Shown here one piece after another: positions 24,470 through 36,645 of a DNA stretch of 64,000 nt. The position numbers and the translations under genes were made by a program. Position 1 is the stretch's first letter. Each line of letters opens with the position of its first letter. Under the pieces are notes generated by a model that was not told where the DNA came from, made no database searches, and saw nothing but the letters and a program-made list of their open reading frames with translations. This stretch comes from Lama glama (lineage: Eukaryota), in assembly GCA_028534125.1 (NCBI GenBank), contig CM052817.1, forward strand, positions 16,804,001 to 16,868,000, in the 5' to 3' direction.

Positions 24470-24984
24470 GATGGCAGTTGGAGCAGGTGATGGAGAGGGA
24501 CAGAAGAATGGCATAGGAATGGGTGGCTTCAAGGAGAGGAAGATAAGGTCTGAATCAGGGACCCCTATCTCACCCATCTCAACAGACTGACTTCCACCCT
24601 GGGCCAGGCTGTGATTTCAGAATCAGAGAGAAGATTGTTGAACAATTAAATAAATGTTCAATGGTATGGCAAAAATTGCTGCCTACCAATACCTTTTCTT
24701 CCCTTTCTCCTGTTAGTAGTAAAGCTGCCCCTGACAAGTATTAGCTGGGCACATGGCCATCCAGCTAGAGACTGCATTTCCCACTCTCCTTTGCAGCTGA
24801 ACATGTCCATGTGACTGTAATCTTACCAATGTTAAGTTAAGGAAAGTGATATATGCAACTCTGGAGTCCTGACACTAGCACAATTGGGCAGGTGCCCCCA
24901 TTCCCTCTCTACTTAAGGGCTGGAATGCAAACATGGTACCAATGAGCCACTGTAACCAGGCAGACAAGAGCAACCCTCTAGGAC

Positions 24985-25274
24985 AGCACTCATACAACTG
25001 CACTGGCCATGTGTGCTACTAAGCCCTTGAAATTGAGATGTGCTGTAAGGATGTAGCACTGGATTCCAAAGACTCAGTACCAAAAAGACTGTAAAATACC
25101 TCATTAATATTTATTTTGATGACATGCGGAAATGATAACATTTTAGATATATATTAAAAATGATGTAATGTTAAAATTCATTCTCATCTATTTCATTGGA
25201 ATTTTTTAAATGGTGTATGAGAAAATTTAAAATTACATATGTGGCTCACTGTACACTTCCATTGGACAGCACTG
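24985..25274 (-). mobile_element. MER33 (hAT-Charlie)
   Basis: ttgagatgtgctgtaag..aaaatttaaaattacatatgtggctc..attggacagcactg. Confidence 0.85.
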
Positions 25275-25282
25275 CTCCAGAG

Positions 25283-25497
25283 CAGAGGTGAGCAAAATTA
25301 CAGCCCACAAGCTAAATCCTACCAGTCATCTGCTTTTGTAAATAAAGTTTTATTGGCATGCAACTGCATCCATTTGTTTTGTATGGTCTCTAGCTGCTTA
25401 AGTGCTACAATGGCAGAGTCCAGTCGTCACAAGGGCCACTTGGCTCACAAAACTGGAAACATTTATTGTCCAGCCCAGAAAACATTTGTTGGTTCCT
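25283..25497 (+). mobile_element. MER58A (hAT-Charlie)
   Basis: ttttgtaaataaagttttattgg..gtgctacaatggcagag. Confidence 0.85.
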
Positions 25498-26594
25498 AAT
25501 CAAAAGGATGGTTGACTTCAGGAGAGAAGCAATCTGGATCCTGAGGACCTGGTCTCAACGGAACAGAGTTGTTCACCCAACCTGCACCATCTTCCTGCAA
25601 CTAAAGTATTCTATGAGAGAGAAATAAATGTCAGTCTTGTCTGAGGCTCTGTTCTTTTTGGTTCCGTTGCAATAGTTTAGTATTTACCCTAAAAATGTGT
25701 GGGGAGCCCACAAGATGAAGCTGCAGGATGAGGTCCCCAAAGATGGCATTTAGGGAGGGACAATGGAACACAAGCTAAGAAAAGATATTTCCCCAGCTTT
25801 CCCTGGGAGAGGCTTGAGCCCCGAATGTTCATTGTCACCACAGACTATGAGCCTATAGCGTAGGATCCAAACTTCATCTGGGCTTAGGACCTAATTCTGA
25901 GAAACCAGTGGGTAATAGGGGTCATGGAGCTTAATCGGCAGATTTTACTCAGTGCTCACCCTCTTGGCATTTTAAACCCCTCTGTCACCAGGCTGCGCTT
26001 GTTTAAATGCCTCAGTAAGAATGACAGTGCTGTTTGGAAACTGACTCCAAAATGTGTGACCAGCTCTGTTTCCCAGGTTTAACCAGGGCTGCTTATCTTG
26101 TCTCCCCAAGTGACTGTGACAGTGTCCCCAGATGAGAAATATCCAAACACATAAGCTGGGTGGTCTTTCCTCCGCCCTGTCTCCCAAGCCTTGCGTTCTC
26201 CTCTGCACCGCTCTGAACGGAGGCGTGTCCCCTTCACAGCACACTGGCAATGCGGTTATTTACCAGCATGCCCAGTGACAGCAGTGCCTGGGGGAATAAA
26301 TTCTCCTCTCTCCGACATGCCTGAGAAGGTAGCCTCTTCGGCTGATGGAAGAATTAACCTTATAAACCCAGGGCCTTATTACCAGACACAGCTCGCAGCC
26401 CTACAAGCCAAGCCCCAGCCCTCTCTCTTTATCTTATCATATCAAGAATGTCACAGTAATAATATGGAACTGTTCTCAAGGGCTCTTGGGTTGGCTTTGC
26501 AAATGGTCACCCATTAAAAGAAGGCAAAATGCTTGCAGGATGGGTAAGGTAGAATGCATTTGAACACAACCTATTTCCAGTGTCCCAAGTTATT

Positions 26595-26694
26595 CATCCA
26601 TTTTGGGGAGGAACTATTGGAGATATTCACAGAAAACCCTTATTTTGAGTTTGGCCACCAGCTGTACTTGCTCATTTGTAGCTAACTCAAAGGT
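26595..26694 (+). repeat. Dispersed direct repeat, copy A (100 bp)
   Basis: About 84/100 identical by hand alignment to 27209-27307. Confidence 0.95.
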
Positions 26695-27208
26695 GGTATT
26701 TCATGAACTTTCATTTCTCCCATGTTCACTCTGGGGCAAAACTGATAGAGAAAAGGCTAGGAAGAGGCAGACACTGGAAACTGACACGGACACCTGTGTG
26801 CCCCACTCAGGGTTTTGGTTGTGGTCCCCACTTCCCCAACCCCCTGCAGGGAGGACCAGAGGTTTCATCCTCATCAGATAAGGCTGACACAGGTGTGAAG
26901 GTATTCTTCTGCAGGTAATAACTTCCCAAATCCCTAGTTTTACTGCTTTCCACCTTGGTCCCCCTCAAATCCCTGAGTGCAAATATCAACTGTATCCTAA
27001 TGGTTTGTTCCCATTTGGCTCAAAAGACTGCAAATCCAGGTGCTCCGCCTGTTTATTTGTCCTCCCCTTGGCATTGCTGCTCCTTCAAAGCTCTCTAATC
27101 CTCCCCCCACCTTTGCCTTGGGCCAGCCCTCAGCAAGTCCCAGCTGGCCTCTCTCCTGAGCCTCCTGACTGTCCCTCTGCCTCCTGATGCCCCATGAACT
27201 TCCTGAAA

Positions 27209-27307
27209 CATCCATTTTGGGAGAAGCTGTTGTAGGTATTCAAAGAAAACACATGTTTTGAGTTTGGCCACCAACTGTACTCTATCATCCGTAGCTAACT
27301 CAAAGGT
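27209..27307 (+). repeat. Dispersed direct repeat, copy B (99 bp)
   Basis: Matches 26595-26694; lies within L2-like sequence. Confidence 0.95.
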
Positions 27308-27309
27308 AG

Positions 27310-27680
27310 AACAAATCCTTCCACAATTCTGCTTGAAAATCCAAATTGACTGTCCATTGTCTAGTTCTCAGGATGGCACCAAAACCCTCTGACCCAACTA
27401 ACTTCTCTCCGTTCACCTTCTCTCCCTCCCCCAACAAACTCCTTACTGTTCCTTAAACGTACACTTTCAGGCCTCCATACATTCATACATCTTTCTGCCT
27501 GAACCCTTCTTTGTTCTACCTGGTAAACTCCTATTCATCCTTCTGAACCCAATTTAAATATCATTTCTGAGGTCTTCCCTGACACCTCCAGGCACAGTGG
27601 TCCCTTTCTTGCCTGGTTTCTTGCTTTTCTTTGCACTTAGCTTTGTTATAAAGAGTATTTATCACATTCTGTTGTAACTT
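27310..27680 (+). mobile_element. L2 fragment
   Basis: cctggtaaactcctattcatccttc..cccaatttaaatatca..tccctgac. Confidence 0.7.
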
Positions 27681-27699
27681 TTGCATGATGTAAGATGCT

Positions 27700-28610
27700 A
27701 TGATTATTACACAGCAAAGCTGCCTAAGATTATTTTCCATTTTTTACTATAAATAACAGTAAGATGTCTGTATCTCTGCTTATTTACTTTGGATACATTT
27801 CTAAAAATTATATTATAGATGTGAACAAAAGCCATAAACATTTTAAGGCCCTAGATACATGTCACAAAATTATTTTCCAGGAATATAGTCATTCAAACCC
27901 CTACCAGCAATGATGAGCGTTCCCTTATCACTCAGTGATATTGAGTTTTATTTAGAAAACAAAACACAGTTTGCTAATGAGGTTGGCAAAAAAAAATCTT
28001 GCTATCTTTAATTTAATGGATTAAATTTTTCCCTTATATGTGTATTCAATATGAGTTGCACATTTATATCATTAGCTCATATTTTCCATTGGATTGTTTA
28101 TCTTCTCATATTTGTCTGTAAAAGTTCTTTATATATTAAAGATACAAATCCCCTGTCTGTCATATTTCTTTGGCAAACTTTTAATCCTGGTTTGTTTAAG
28201 TTTAATTTTGATATTGCATAGGGAGTTTAATTTTAAAAATTTTTTCCCTCATTATATGTTCCATGCTTTAGAAAGTCCATCCCCATCACCAAATCCAGTA
28301 AACTTTAACTTATAGTGCCTTCTAGATTTTATGGCTTCTTGGGGGTGAGGGGAGAGGTTAACTCTTCAAAAAAGTATGAGGTAAAATCTATATTCCCCCC
28401 ATTAATTAAATAATTGTCCTAATACCATTCATTTAGCCATTTTTCCCCTTTCCTCCTTTATTATGTTTATCAAATAAAAATCTTATCCTAGAACAAAACA
28501 AGCTGAAAAAAAAAATCTTAACCTGGAGTCTATTTCTGCGATAACTCTTTTGCTCCATTCATCCATCTGCCTGGATAGAATTTAGTCACTGGATTTTCAC
28601 TGTCATATTA
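27700..28610 (-). mobile_element. Ancient L1 (L1ME-like) fragments
   Basis: AT-rich; ccctaccagcaatg, tttgctaat, tagctcatttt, taattgtcctaataccatt match antisense L1 3' ORF2. Confidence 0.6.
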
Positions 28611-29202
28611 TATGTTCTGGAAATTAGATTTCTCAGACTTTATAACTGCCCATCTATGCACTTATACTATGGGGTTGTTCTCTTTACCTGACTGTGTTTA
28701 TTCCACATCTTCCTATTTGAGTGTGGCTTCCTTGAGAAGCCCCTCTCGATGCCCCAATCTAATGAAGAGCCCCTCCCCAGGGCTCACCTAATAATATCTT
28801 TATTAGAACTCACTGTGCAGAATACCTTCACCTTTAGTTCCCTTGCCTCTTTATGCTACTGGACTGTCAATTCCCTGAGAGCAGGCATTTTTTAAAATAT
28901 CTTTATTTTGTATCCTGATTACCAAATAAGTACTGTGCCTTTCTCAAAGTGGGTGCTCAATGAATATTTATTTATTTAAACTGAGTTCAGCTGAGTTGAG
29001 TTGAATTAAACAAAATCATAATAGATTGGGTTGCCAATAGTTTATAGATTGAGATGTCTTTTCTTAGCAAATTGGTTTCCCTCTCTGTAACAGGCTCCAG
29101 ACAAACAGAAACCACTCTTAAGTATTTAAAACAGAAGGAATTTAATACAGGGAATTGTTTGTCCTGCTGATGAAAGACTGAGAAGCCAAACAGTAGGGTA
29201 AG

Positions 29203-30055
29203 TGTGATATTATGATTTATAAGAAACACAAACACACACATATATACAGTCATTCAGATGGCCAAAATACATTTCTCAGATACATTTTGTCTTCACTCAA
29301 AGTTCCTATTTCACAGCTTCCAAAACCCTTGGAAGTTTCTGCCGTCACAATTGGGTTTATGTTAATGAAGGTGACTTTTGGATCCCACCCCAGGGTGGGG
29401 GCTGGTTGCCAGGGGAAGCAACCATGTGATTAGAAAGTTGGAACTTTCAGTCCCACTCCCTGAATTCTGGGGAAGCGAGGCTTGAGATTGAATCAATCTT
29501 TATTGGCCAATGATTTAGTCAATCTGACTATGTAATGAAGCCTCCATAAAAACCCAAAAGGACAGCTTTTGGGCCCTTTTTGGAGAGCTTCCACATACAG
29601 GAACCAGAATGCTTCCATGTGCCACCGTGTGGGGCTCCAAGCTCCACAAGGACAGAAGTTCTTTCATTCAGGAACTCGCACTGGGTACTCTTCAACTGGC
29701 CGTTCATTTGTATCTTTTAACATCTTTCTATAATAATCAGTGAGTAAACAGGTTTTTCTGAGTTCTGTGAGCTGTTCTAGCAAATTAATCGAATCCGAGC
29801 AGGCGGTCATTGGGACCTTCAGTTTGTAGCCTGGCAGTCAGAAGCACAGGTAACAACCTGGGCTTGAGACTGATGTCTGCAGTGGAGGGTGGTCTTGTGG
29901 GACTAAGCCCTTGACCTGTGGATCCTGAATCTATCTCTAGGTAGAGTGTCAGAATTGAGTTGAATTACTGGACACCCTGCGGGCATCGGAGAATTGCTTG
30001 TGAGTGTGGGGACGCCTCCACGCACACATTGAAACTGGATCCAGTTTTTGAAGTC
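29203..30055 (+). mobile_element. MER21-family ERVL LTR
   Basis: tgtgatatt..gggggctggttgccagg..caaccatgtgattaga..ggccaatgattta..tgtaatgaagcctccataaaaaccc..gtgtcagaattgagttgaatt. Confidence 0.9.
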
Positions 30056-30246
30056 AGCCCCGATACTGGAGAAACAGGGAGGAGGCGGTGTTACCGAAGC
30101 CCAGCGCCAAGGTCCCCCTACGAGACCCTGGTGAACCCCTGGAGGACGATGTTGTGGAGAAGGTACAGCCACTGCTGGGAGCACTGTGGGCAAAGAGGGA
30201 TAAGAAAGAACCTGGCTTCCACCTTCTGTCCACTCCTTGGCTCCCA

Positions 30247-30266
30247 CCACTGCCCCCTACTGGCAA
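30247..30266 (-). promoter_or_regulatory. CTCF core motif
   Basis: Minus strand TTGCCAGTAGGGGGCAGTGG, close to the CCASYAGRKGGCRS consensus. Confidence 0.6.
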
Positions 30267-30924
30267 AACCCAGCCAGGATCAACTTTGCTGGAGCCTGGG
30301 GAGCAGAGCCTGTGGGGGGTGGCTCCCTCTGTCACAGAGCAGAGCACCAAAGGAAATGAATTCTAGAGCAACAGAACTAGCGGGTTTTTTTTTTCTCCTT
30401 TTATTTTTTCTTTTTCAGTTTGACAATATTATTTCTTTCTAAATAGAGTAACTAGGGAAATTAGATTTAAAAAAAGTCAACAAGTGAAAAATCAACCTAC
30501 AGTGGAAAGCAGATGAACAGACTTCAGCGACTCCTTCTAATGGGCTCCCATTTCCAGCAGCCTAGGAATCAATAGGGATGGCTAAGTGCTCGGGGAGCCA
30601 GGGGTGGAAAGAGGGGGCGCCATGACAAGTCAAGCATGGCTGCAGTTTCATTAAAGACCCGAGAGTGACATGAGCCATCGATTTTGTTTTTCCCAGAACT
30701 TTTCTCTGATTCGGTGCTTTGTGAAGATAGATGGCTGGACTACCAGGCAGTGCGAGGGCAGAAAGGAAGTCCAGGGACCCTGATGCACAGCCAAGCTGCC
30801 GGGGCTCAGACTGGACCAGATTTCCACATTAAAGAGAAGACTCCAAGTGTATAGAAAGATGGCTTAGGAATGCTGAGCCCTTGGCTTCAACACTGCAAAT
30901 TAAGATTCAGAGAAAGTATGGAAG

Positions 30925-31170
30925 AGGTTTTAAGAGCTTTGCTTTGGGAATTGGAAAAGCCAGGTTCAGTTGTTAACTGGCTATGTACAACTGCACAAAT
31001 TATCCAACCTCCCAATAACTCAAGTTTCCTCATTTGGAGAATGGAAACATGAGTAACACCTGGCTCCAAGGACTATTGTAACAGTTGAATGGGAAAATAC
31101 ATGTAAAGTACATTACCTTACAGCAAGCATTCAGGAAAAGTTGGCTGCTACCATTTTCGGTGTTGTTTTA
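30925..31170 (+). mobile_element. MIR SINE
   Basis: agtttcctcatttggagaatgg..atacatgtaaagtac. Confidence 0.7.
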
Positions 31171-31199
31171 TTATTATTGGATGGGTCTTATAAAGCTGA

Positions 31200-31530
31200 T
31201 CTGTGCCTTTGCATGTGCTGTATTTTCTGCCTGGAATGTTTTTCTCTTTTGTCTCTTCCCTCTTGTTAACATCCATTCATGCTTCAAGACCTAAGTCAAA
31301 TGTTACCTCCTCCAGGAAGCCTTCCCTGACCACCCCACATCTGAGTTGGCTGACCCTTGGCACCCTGTTCTTATACTTATCATAGCACTTGCCACATTAT
31401 ATTGTTCTTAACACTTCGCTTAATGGACCATGAGAAACTGCAAACCTGGAACTAAGTCTTTTCATTCTACCTCTCCAGCCCCTCGTACAGGACATATTAA
31501 GTGTTCAAAAGATGCCTACTGAATAAATGA
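31200..31530 (+). mobile_element. L2 3' end
   Basis: gcctttgcatgtgctg..ctgcctggaatg..aaatgttacctcctccaggaagccttccctgaccacc. Confidence 0.85.
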
Positions 31531-32054
31531 ATTCCATAGTATAATTCTGAGTCCCTGGAAAACTCTTTCTGCTTCCAGCAATGCCTCTCCCACTTCCTAA
31601 AATCTACCATCAGAGCTTTTCCTTCTAGCCTAAGACTTTGATCCCATTTAAACCCTATATATGCCTCCCCTATCACCTGCCACGTATGATAGGTACTCAA
31701 CAAATATTTGAAAAACTGAATTGACTTAGAGGTTGGGTTCTCCAGGAAAAATAATTCAGACATCAGCAAATCAGAGAAGAGGGCATGGGAGAGAGAAACA
31801 AGAAGGGACCGTCTCAGTGGGGACCTCTCACTAAAACTCAGCTCCTTCCACACAAGGCAAAGTGCAAGGAAGGGAAGCTTTCTTCTGGGTCCTCTGCTTC
31901 CACCTAGGGTACCAATTTCTCCTCTGGCCGTCTCAGATCTCCTACTTCACCTCCTCAGCAAGGCTCCTGGTGCCTTGGGCTGCTCCACGCTTTCATGAGG
32001 ACAGACTTTGCTGAGGAGCAATACTTAACCCACAGGAATGGTGATTTGAATGAA

Positions 32055-32215
32055 GGGAGAGCACCTACTGTGTGCCAGGCACTTTACCCGCGATTCACTA
32101 ACACCTCCAATAATCCTGAAAGGTAGCTGGTATTAGCTCCAGTTAACAGACCAGGAAAGTGAGGCTCAGAGAGAGTGACACCTTACCCAAAGTCACACAG
32201 CATGTAAGTTGTGGA
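32055..32215 (-). mobile_element. MIR SINE
   Basis: gagcacctactgtgtgccaggcact..gaggctcagagag..ccaaagtcacacag. Confidence 0.85.
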
Positions 32216-33109
32216 GCAGACAGACCACAGCACCAAACACTGTAGAGGCCCTCAGTGAATGCGTGTATTTAATTGCTGTATCTGGCCATCGTACTCTATT
32301 TCAATGGTTGGGTAAGAGTACTTACCTGGCTGTTCTGTTACATCATAATGTGGAAAGTTTTCTGGCATTTTTCTTACTTAGTACCAACAGGATGCTCTGT
32401 ATCCAACTTTGCTTTTCTGTTTCCAAGTTCCCAGGTTTATGGGCTATCTCTTGGCCATTTTTTTCTATACCTTCCCCTTCAAAGATTTAAAAGGATTATC
32501 AAGCCCTGGGCTTGCTCTGTGTGGGTGACATGTGCTGTCTTGACATAGAATAGAGAAGAAACACTCTGTTGAAACATTTTTTTTAAGGCATGCACACTCA
32601 CTTAATAAGAGACAGTGGTGGGTGATGTGCTAAGAAGAAATGGCATTACGTTTAGACCAAAAACTCAGAAACGCAGTCTTGCTGGGTGACAGCCAGTCAA
32701 GACAGCCCTACCTAATGGACAGCAAAAGCATTGTTTGGGGACATTTACTGCGGAATACGATGAGGTAGAGGCACCAAAGGTGAACAAAATATCATCCTTC
32801 ATAGGCAGAAACATAGACAGTGACAGAAAATAAATTGCTGGAGAAACATCTCTTAAAAAAGAGTAGGTTTAAACATTTTCCTGACTCAAGTACCAAAGGC
32901 TGGTTGGATTTTTATCAGCAGAAGGAATGGAGCTCAGCCAAAGAAATTTGTGTTATTTTTCTTTTGGGGGGTGGTGTGTTGTAGAGAAACATTCAAATGT
33001 AAGACCATATATTTAACTTCAAATAGTTTGGGAACAATACAGAATAATATGATAGTAATAGAGCATAGAGCTGAAGATCACAAAATTTGGTATCAGAAGA
33101 AGCAGGGTT

Positions 33110-33398
33110 ACATAGAAAACAAACTATGGTTACCAGGGTGGGGAGTGGGGCAGGGAGGGATAGATTAGGAGTTTGGGATTAACAGGTACACATTACTATA
33201 TGTAAAATAAATAAACAACAAGGACCTACTGTATAGCATAGGGAACTATATTCAATCTCTTGTAATGAGCTGCAGTGGAAAAGAAACTGAAAATATATAT
33301 ATGTATGTATGTATATGTGTAACTGAGTCACTTTGCTGTACACCTGAAACTAACATTGTAAACTGACTACACTTAAATAAAAAATAAGGGGGGAAAAA
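33110..33398 (+). mobile_element. L1 3' UTR (artiodactyl type) with TSD, inside a MIR
   Basis: catagaaaacaaactatggttaccagg..aacaacaaggacctactgtatagca..tgctgtacacctgaaactaac; TSD agaagaagcagggtt / agaatgagccagggtt. Confidence 0.9.
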
Positions 33399-33471
33399 AG
33401 AATGAGCCAGGGTTGAATCCTAATCCCAGTGACTATTAGCTATGAGATCTTAGTAAGTTTCTTAACCCCTC

Positions 33472-33818
33472 TGTATTAGTCAGGATAGGAGAGGCCTTGC
33501 TGCAGTAACATCCCTGCCCCAGAGCTCAGTTTGATTTCTTGCTCACGTGCTGCCAAATTGGGCACCAATTCTTGGTGGTTCTGCCCCGAGCTGCGATTCA
33601 GAGATGCAGGCTTCTCCCATCTTTTGACACAGACTCTGAGGTTGCCATGGAGGACAGAGAAGGTGGTAGTCAGGGTAGGGGGTTTAGGGCCAGGCCTGGA
33701 ATCATCACTTCTGCCCATTTTCCTTTGGCTAGGCCCAGCAGGATGGCCCCACCTAACTGCCACAGAGGCTAGAAAAGGTCGTCTTCCAGCGTGAGCACAT
33801 AGAACAGTCTCTGCCACA
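33472..33818 (-). mobile_element. MLT1I/J-like MaLR LTR
   Basis: tgtattagtcaggatagg..tgctgcagtaaca..atcacttctgcccatt..cctaactgc..ctctgccaca. Confidence 0.8.
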
Positions 33819-33979
33819 CTGTCTGAGCGTCTGTATAATGGGGGGGGGGGCGGAATGCAATCTACTGACACGGTCGCTGAATGATTAATTGCTCATGTGA
33901 AGCTAGTTACTGTTGTTTATATTTGAGCTGATATAAGTATAAATAATCTCTCATAAAATTAGGTCTGGGTTGCAGTCAA

Positions 33980-34205
33980 ATTCATGGAGAAAGAAAGCAG
34001 ATGGGGCTGGGAGAAGGGGGAAGGGGGAGTTACTGTTTAATGGGCACAGAGTTTCAGTTTTACAAGATGAGAAAAGCTTTGGAGATGGATGGTGGTGATG
34101 TTTGAACAGCAATGTGAATGTACTTAAAGTCGGGAACCTGACAGTTAAAAGTGGTTAAAATGATACATTTTATGTTATGTATATTTCATCATGATTTTTA
34201 AAATA
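33980..34205 (+). mobile_element. L1MB-like 3' end
   Basis: gagttactgtttaatgggcacagagtttcagtttt..ggagatggatggtggtgatg..aatgtgaatgtacttaa. Confidence 0.9.
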
Positions 34206-34577
34206 AATATTTTAAAATTAGGTTTGGGTAACTCCAAGGTCTGAGTTAACCCGGCCCCAGGGCAGAGTGAGGGCTACTCAGTGGTGCTGGTATTGGACGG
34301 ACGGCAGTCAGGTTGATTCTAGGTCTAGACTTCCCAGGAAACTAAGGAAGCTTTAGATGACTCACTTGTTTTTTCTTAAATGCGGTGTTTGAAGTTCTCA
34401 ATGTCTATTGCAAATGCAGAGTCACTTATTACTAAGAAGAAGGAGGAAGAAAGCAGCTCCGATCCCAGTTGTCCTTTTTCCAGGCTCCCCCGACGCGCTT
34501 GCTGGCTGTGCACTTTCTCTGCATCCTCCCTCCCTGCAGGTCACCTCGGGACTCAATTCAGGCTCCAGCCCATCCAG

Positions 34578-34756
34578 CCGGAGTTCCCAGACCTGGTTGC
34601 ACATCAGATTCACCTGGGGAGCTTTAAAAACATACCGATGCCCAGGCTGCAGCCCAATTCAATTAAATCAGCCTCTCTAGGGTGGGGCCTGGGCACCAGC
34701 GCTGTTTTAAAAGCTCCCCAGCTGATATTAATGTGCTTTCTGGCTGAGAACCGCTG
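34578..34756 (+). mobile_element. MER5-family MITE
   Basis: gcacatcagattcacctggggagctttaaaaa..aaatcagcctctctagggtggggcc..tgagaaccgctg. Confidence 0.85.
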
Positions 34757-36645
34757 ACGACAGCCTAGTCTGAGTTCTTCCCAGCTGCCTTCCTGCAGAG
34801 AGCACCAAAAAGCAGGTGCTTCAGACATGCTCAGGCTTAAGTCCCATCTCAGCCCCTCCTGTGTGTTCTTGGGCACTTTGTATAACCTCTCTGGTCCTCG
34901 GTCTTCTCATCTGTTCAATGGGGACAATAAGAATAATGGGATAATGTGTGGGAAACAGGGCAGTGCCTGGGATGCGGTTGAAGCACTTGGTACCTGATGA
35001 TACATGTTATTATGAACGCTTTCTGTTACTGTTACTTCCTGGGGTGAGGATGGGCTTGCTGTCTTCCTACAGGAACCCTTTAACTTGCAACTTGTCACCT
35101 GCTCCATCGAGACCCCTCAGGTTCTATCAAAGGCAAGGGAGGGGCTGTCTCTTTTTGTCCCTTAACATGCCCCCTCCTTCTGTCAGTCACCTGCTGTTCC
35201 CTTCAAACTCTGCTTCCACTCAGAACATTCTAATCCTATTAGGCAAAACCAAACATGAATATAAACAATCAAATACAGATTTCTTCCTAGCATGCACCTA
35301 TCTAAAAGTGTGACAGGAATGTTTTCATGGGAGGTGGCCCTTTAACCGCAGCTTACAGGAATTTGTTCAGGTTGGTTTGGAGCTTAGGAGTACAAAGCAG
35401 TAACAGGTTGGTGCTGATCCGAGTTAAACCAGGTTTGCTTCTTAATCTCCCTAAACAAACCCGATGCAGGCAGGCTGAGACAAGAGGCACGCTGGGGCCA
35501 GACCCCTGGAACTGGTGGGAAAGTCAAAATAGCTGGGGCCTGGAGGGACCATGCTCCAGGAGGTAGCCTAGGAATGGAGTGACCTTGAACTTGGTCACAG
35601 CAGGAGGAGAAGGCCAGAAGCAAAATTGCCAGGATGCTGTGACGCTCAGCCTGCTTCCAGACATTATAGTGGGTGGAGGTTTATTTTTGCTTTACTGATT
35701 TCATATACAACTAAATACAGGTCAAGCCCCCACCTACCAGAGTAACTTTCTTGGGAAAGATGCTTTAGGGGGTTAGGTGGAGGAAGGCAGGTGTTCTTAA
35801 GTCATCCAGAGCATCTCTGAGGGACCTCAGAGTCAGTGTTGACAAGCCCATTGTCTGAGACTCCCAGCACCTCTGGGTACTCCAGGGGAGCCTCCCAGAA
35901 AACCATGATGCTTGGTGTGTCACCTTCAAGGTGCTTTTCATGACAAAGGAACCAAGGTGAGGCCACCTCCTGCCACTCTCCCAAACCCAAACCCATACCC
36001 TTTGGTCTTTGGCAACTTTCCTCCTGGTTCTTGCCACTTCAAGGTCACCCCCTTAACCATCAGTGCCTCAGAATCCTCATCGATAAAAGGAAAATAGTAG
36101 CTATTGTGTCCTCCTCACAGGATCAGGTCACAGGGAAAAGTAAGTGAGTTAATGTAAAGCCCTTGGCACAGAGCCCAGCACCAAGCAAGTGCTGCGGAGG
36201 GATCAGCTTTGTCAGTGCTGCTAACCCTCCGGTGCCCCTGACCCTCAATGCGCCCCCAGCCTCCTCAGCCTCCCTGCAGCCCTTAGCCTCCTAACCTAAG
36301 CTTTCAGGAACGGAGCCTCTTCCTTCTACCCCAAGGGTAACAAAATAACTCTCGAGATTGCAAGGTTCCAAGCTCTGCTTCCCTCTTGAGGAAGGGAAAG
36401 ACCAAAACAGAAAAGAAAAGAAGGGGAAAAAAAAGCCTTTCATATTTACCGACTCATCTGCAATTACAAGGCCAAACAGAAACTAGTACCTCAGTCTCTT
36501 TGCCAGCAGCTGGGGGCCTCAGTGAGAGGATAATCCAGTCCCCCAAGAAGGAAGGCCATTTATTAGTTTGTTTATTTTGTATTAAGCACCTACTGTATAC
36601 CACTAAGATAATCCCCCTTGCTCTCCAGAGACAGCAGCCCCGGAC

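Larger units (their letters stand above)
24680..25695 (+). mobile_element. Old MLT1 (J/K-like) LTR hosting two MITEs
   Basis: agctgggcacatggcc..catttccca..ctttgcagct; resumes after 25500 with gagagagaaataaa. Confidence 0.65.
29085..30370 (-). mobile_element. Old ERVL-class LTR (LTR41/LTR50/LTR67B-like) split by MER21
   Basis: cagaaaccactc..ggaatttaatacagggaattg..ctgagaagccaaacag; resumes ~30060 with ctcccaccactgccccctactggc..cagagcagagc. Confidence 0.55.

Noticed and set aside
26640..26696. Canonical pre-miRNA call for the duplicated hairpin
   Set aside because: Stem is only ~15-18 imperfect bp with a large loop, shorter than a typical Drosha substrate; kept only as an unexplained structure.
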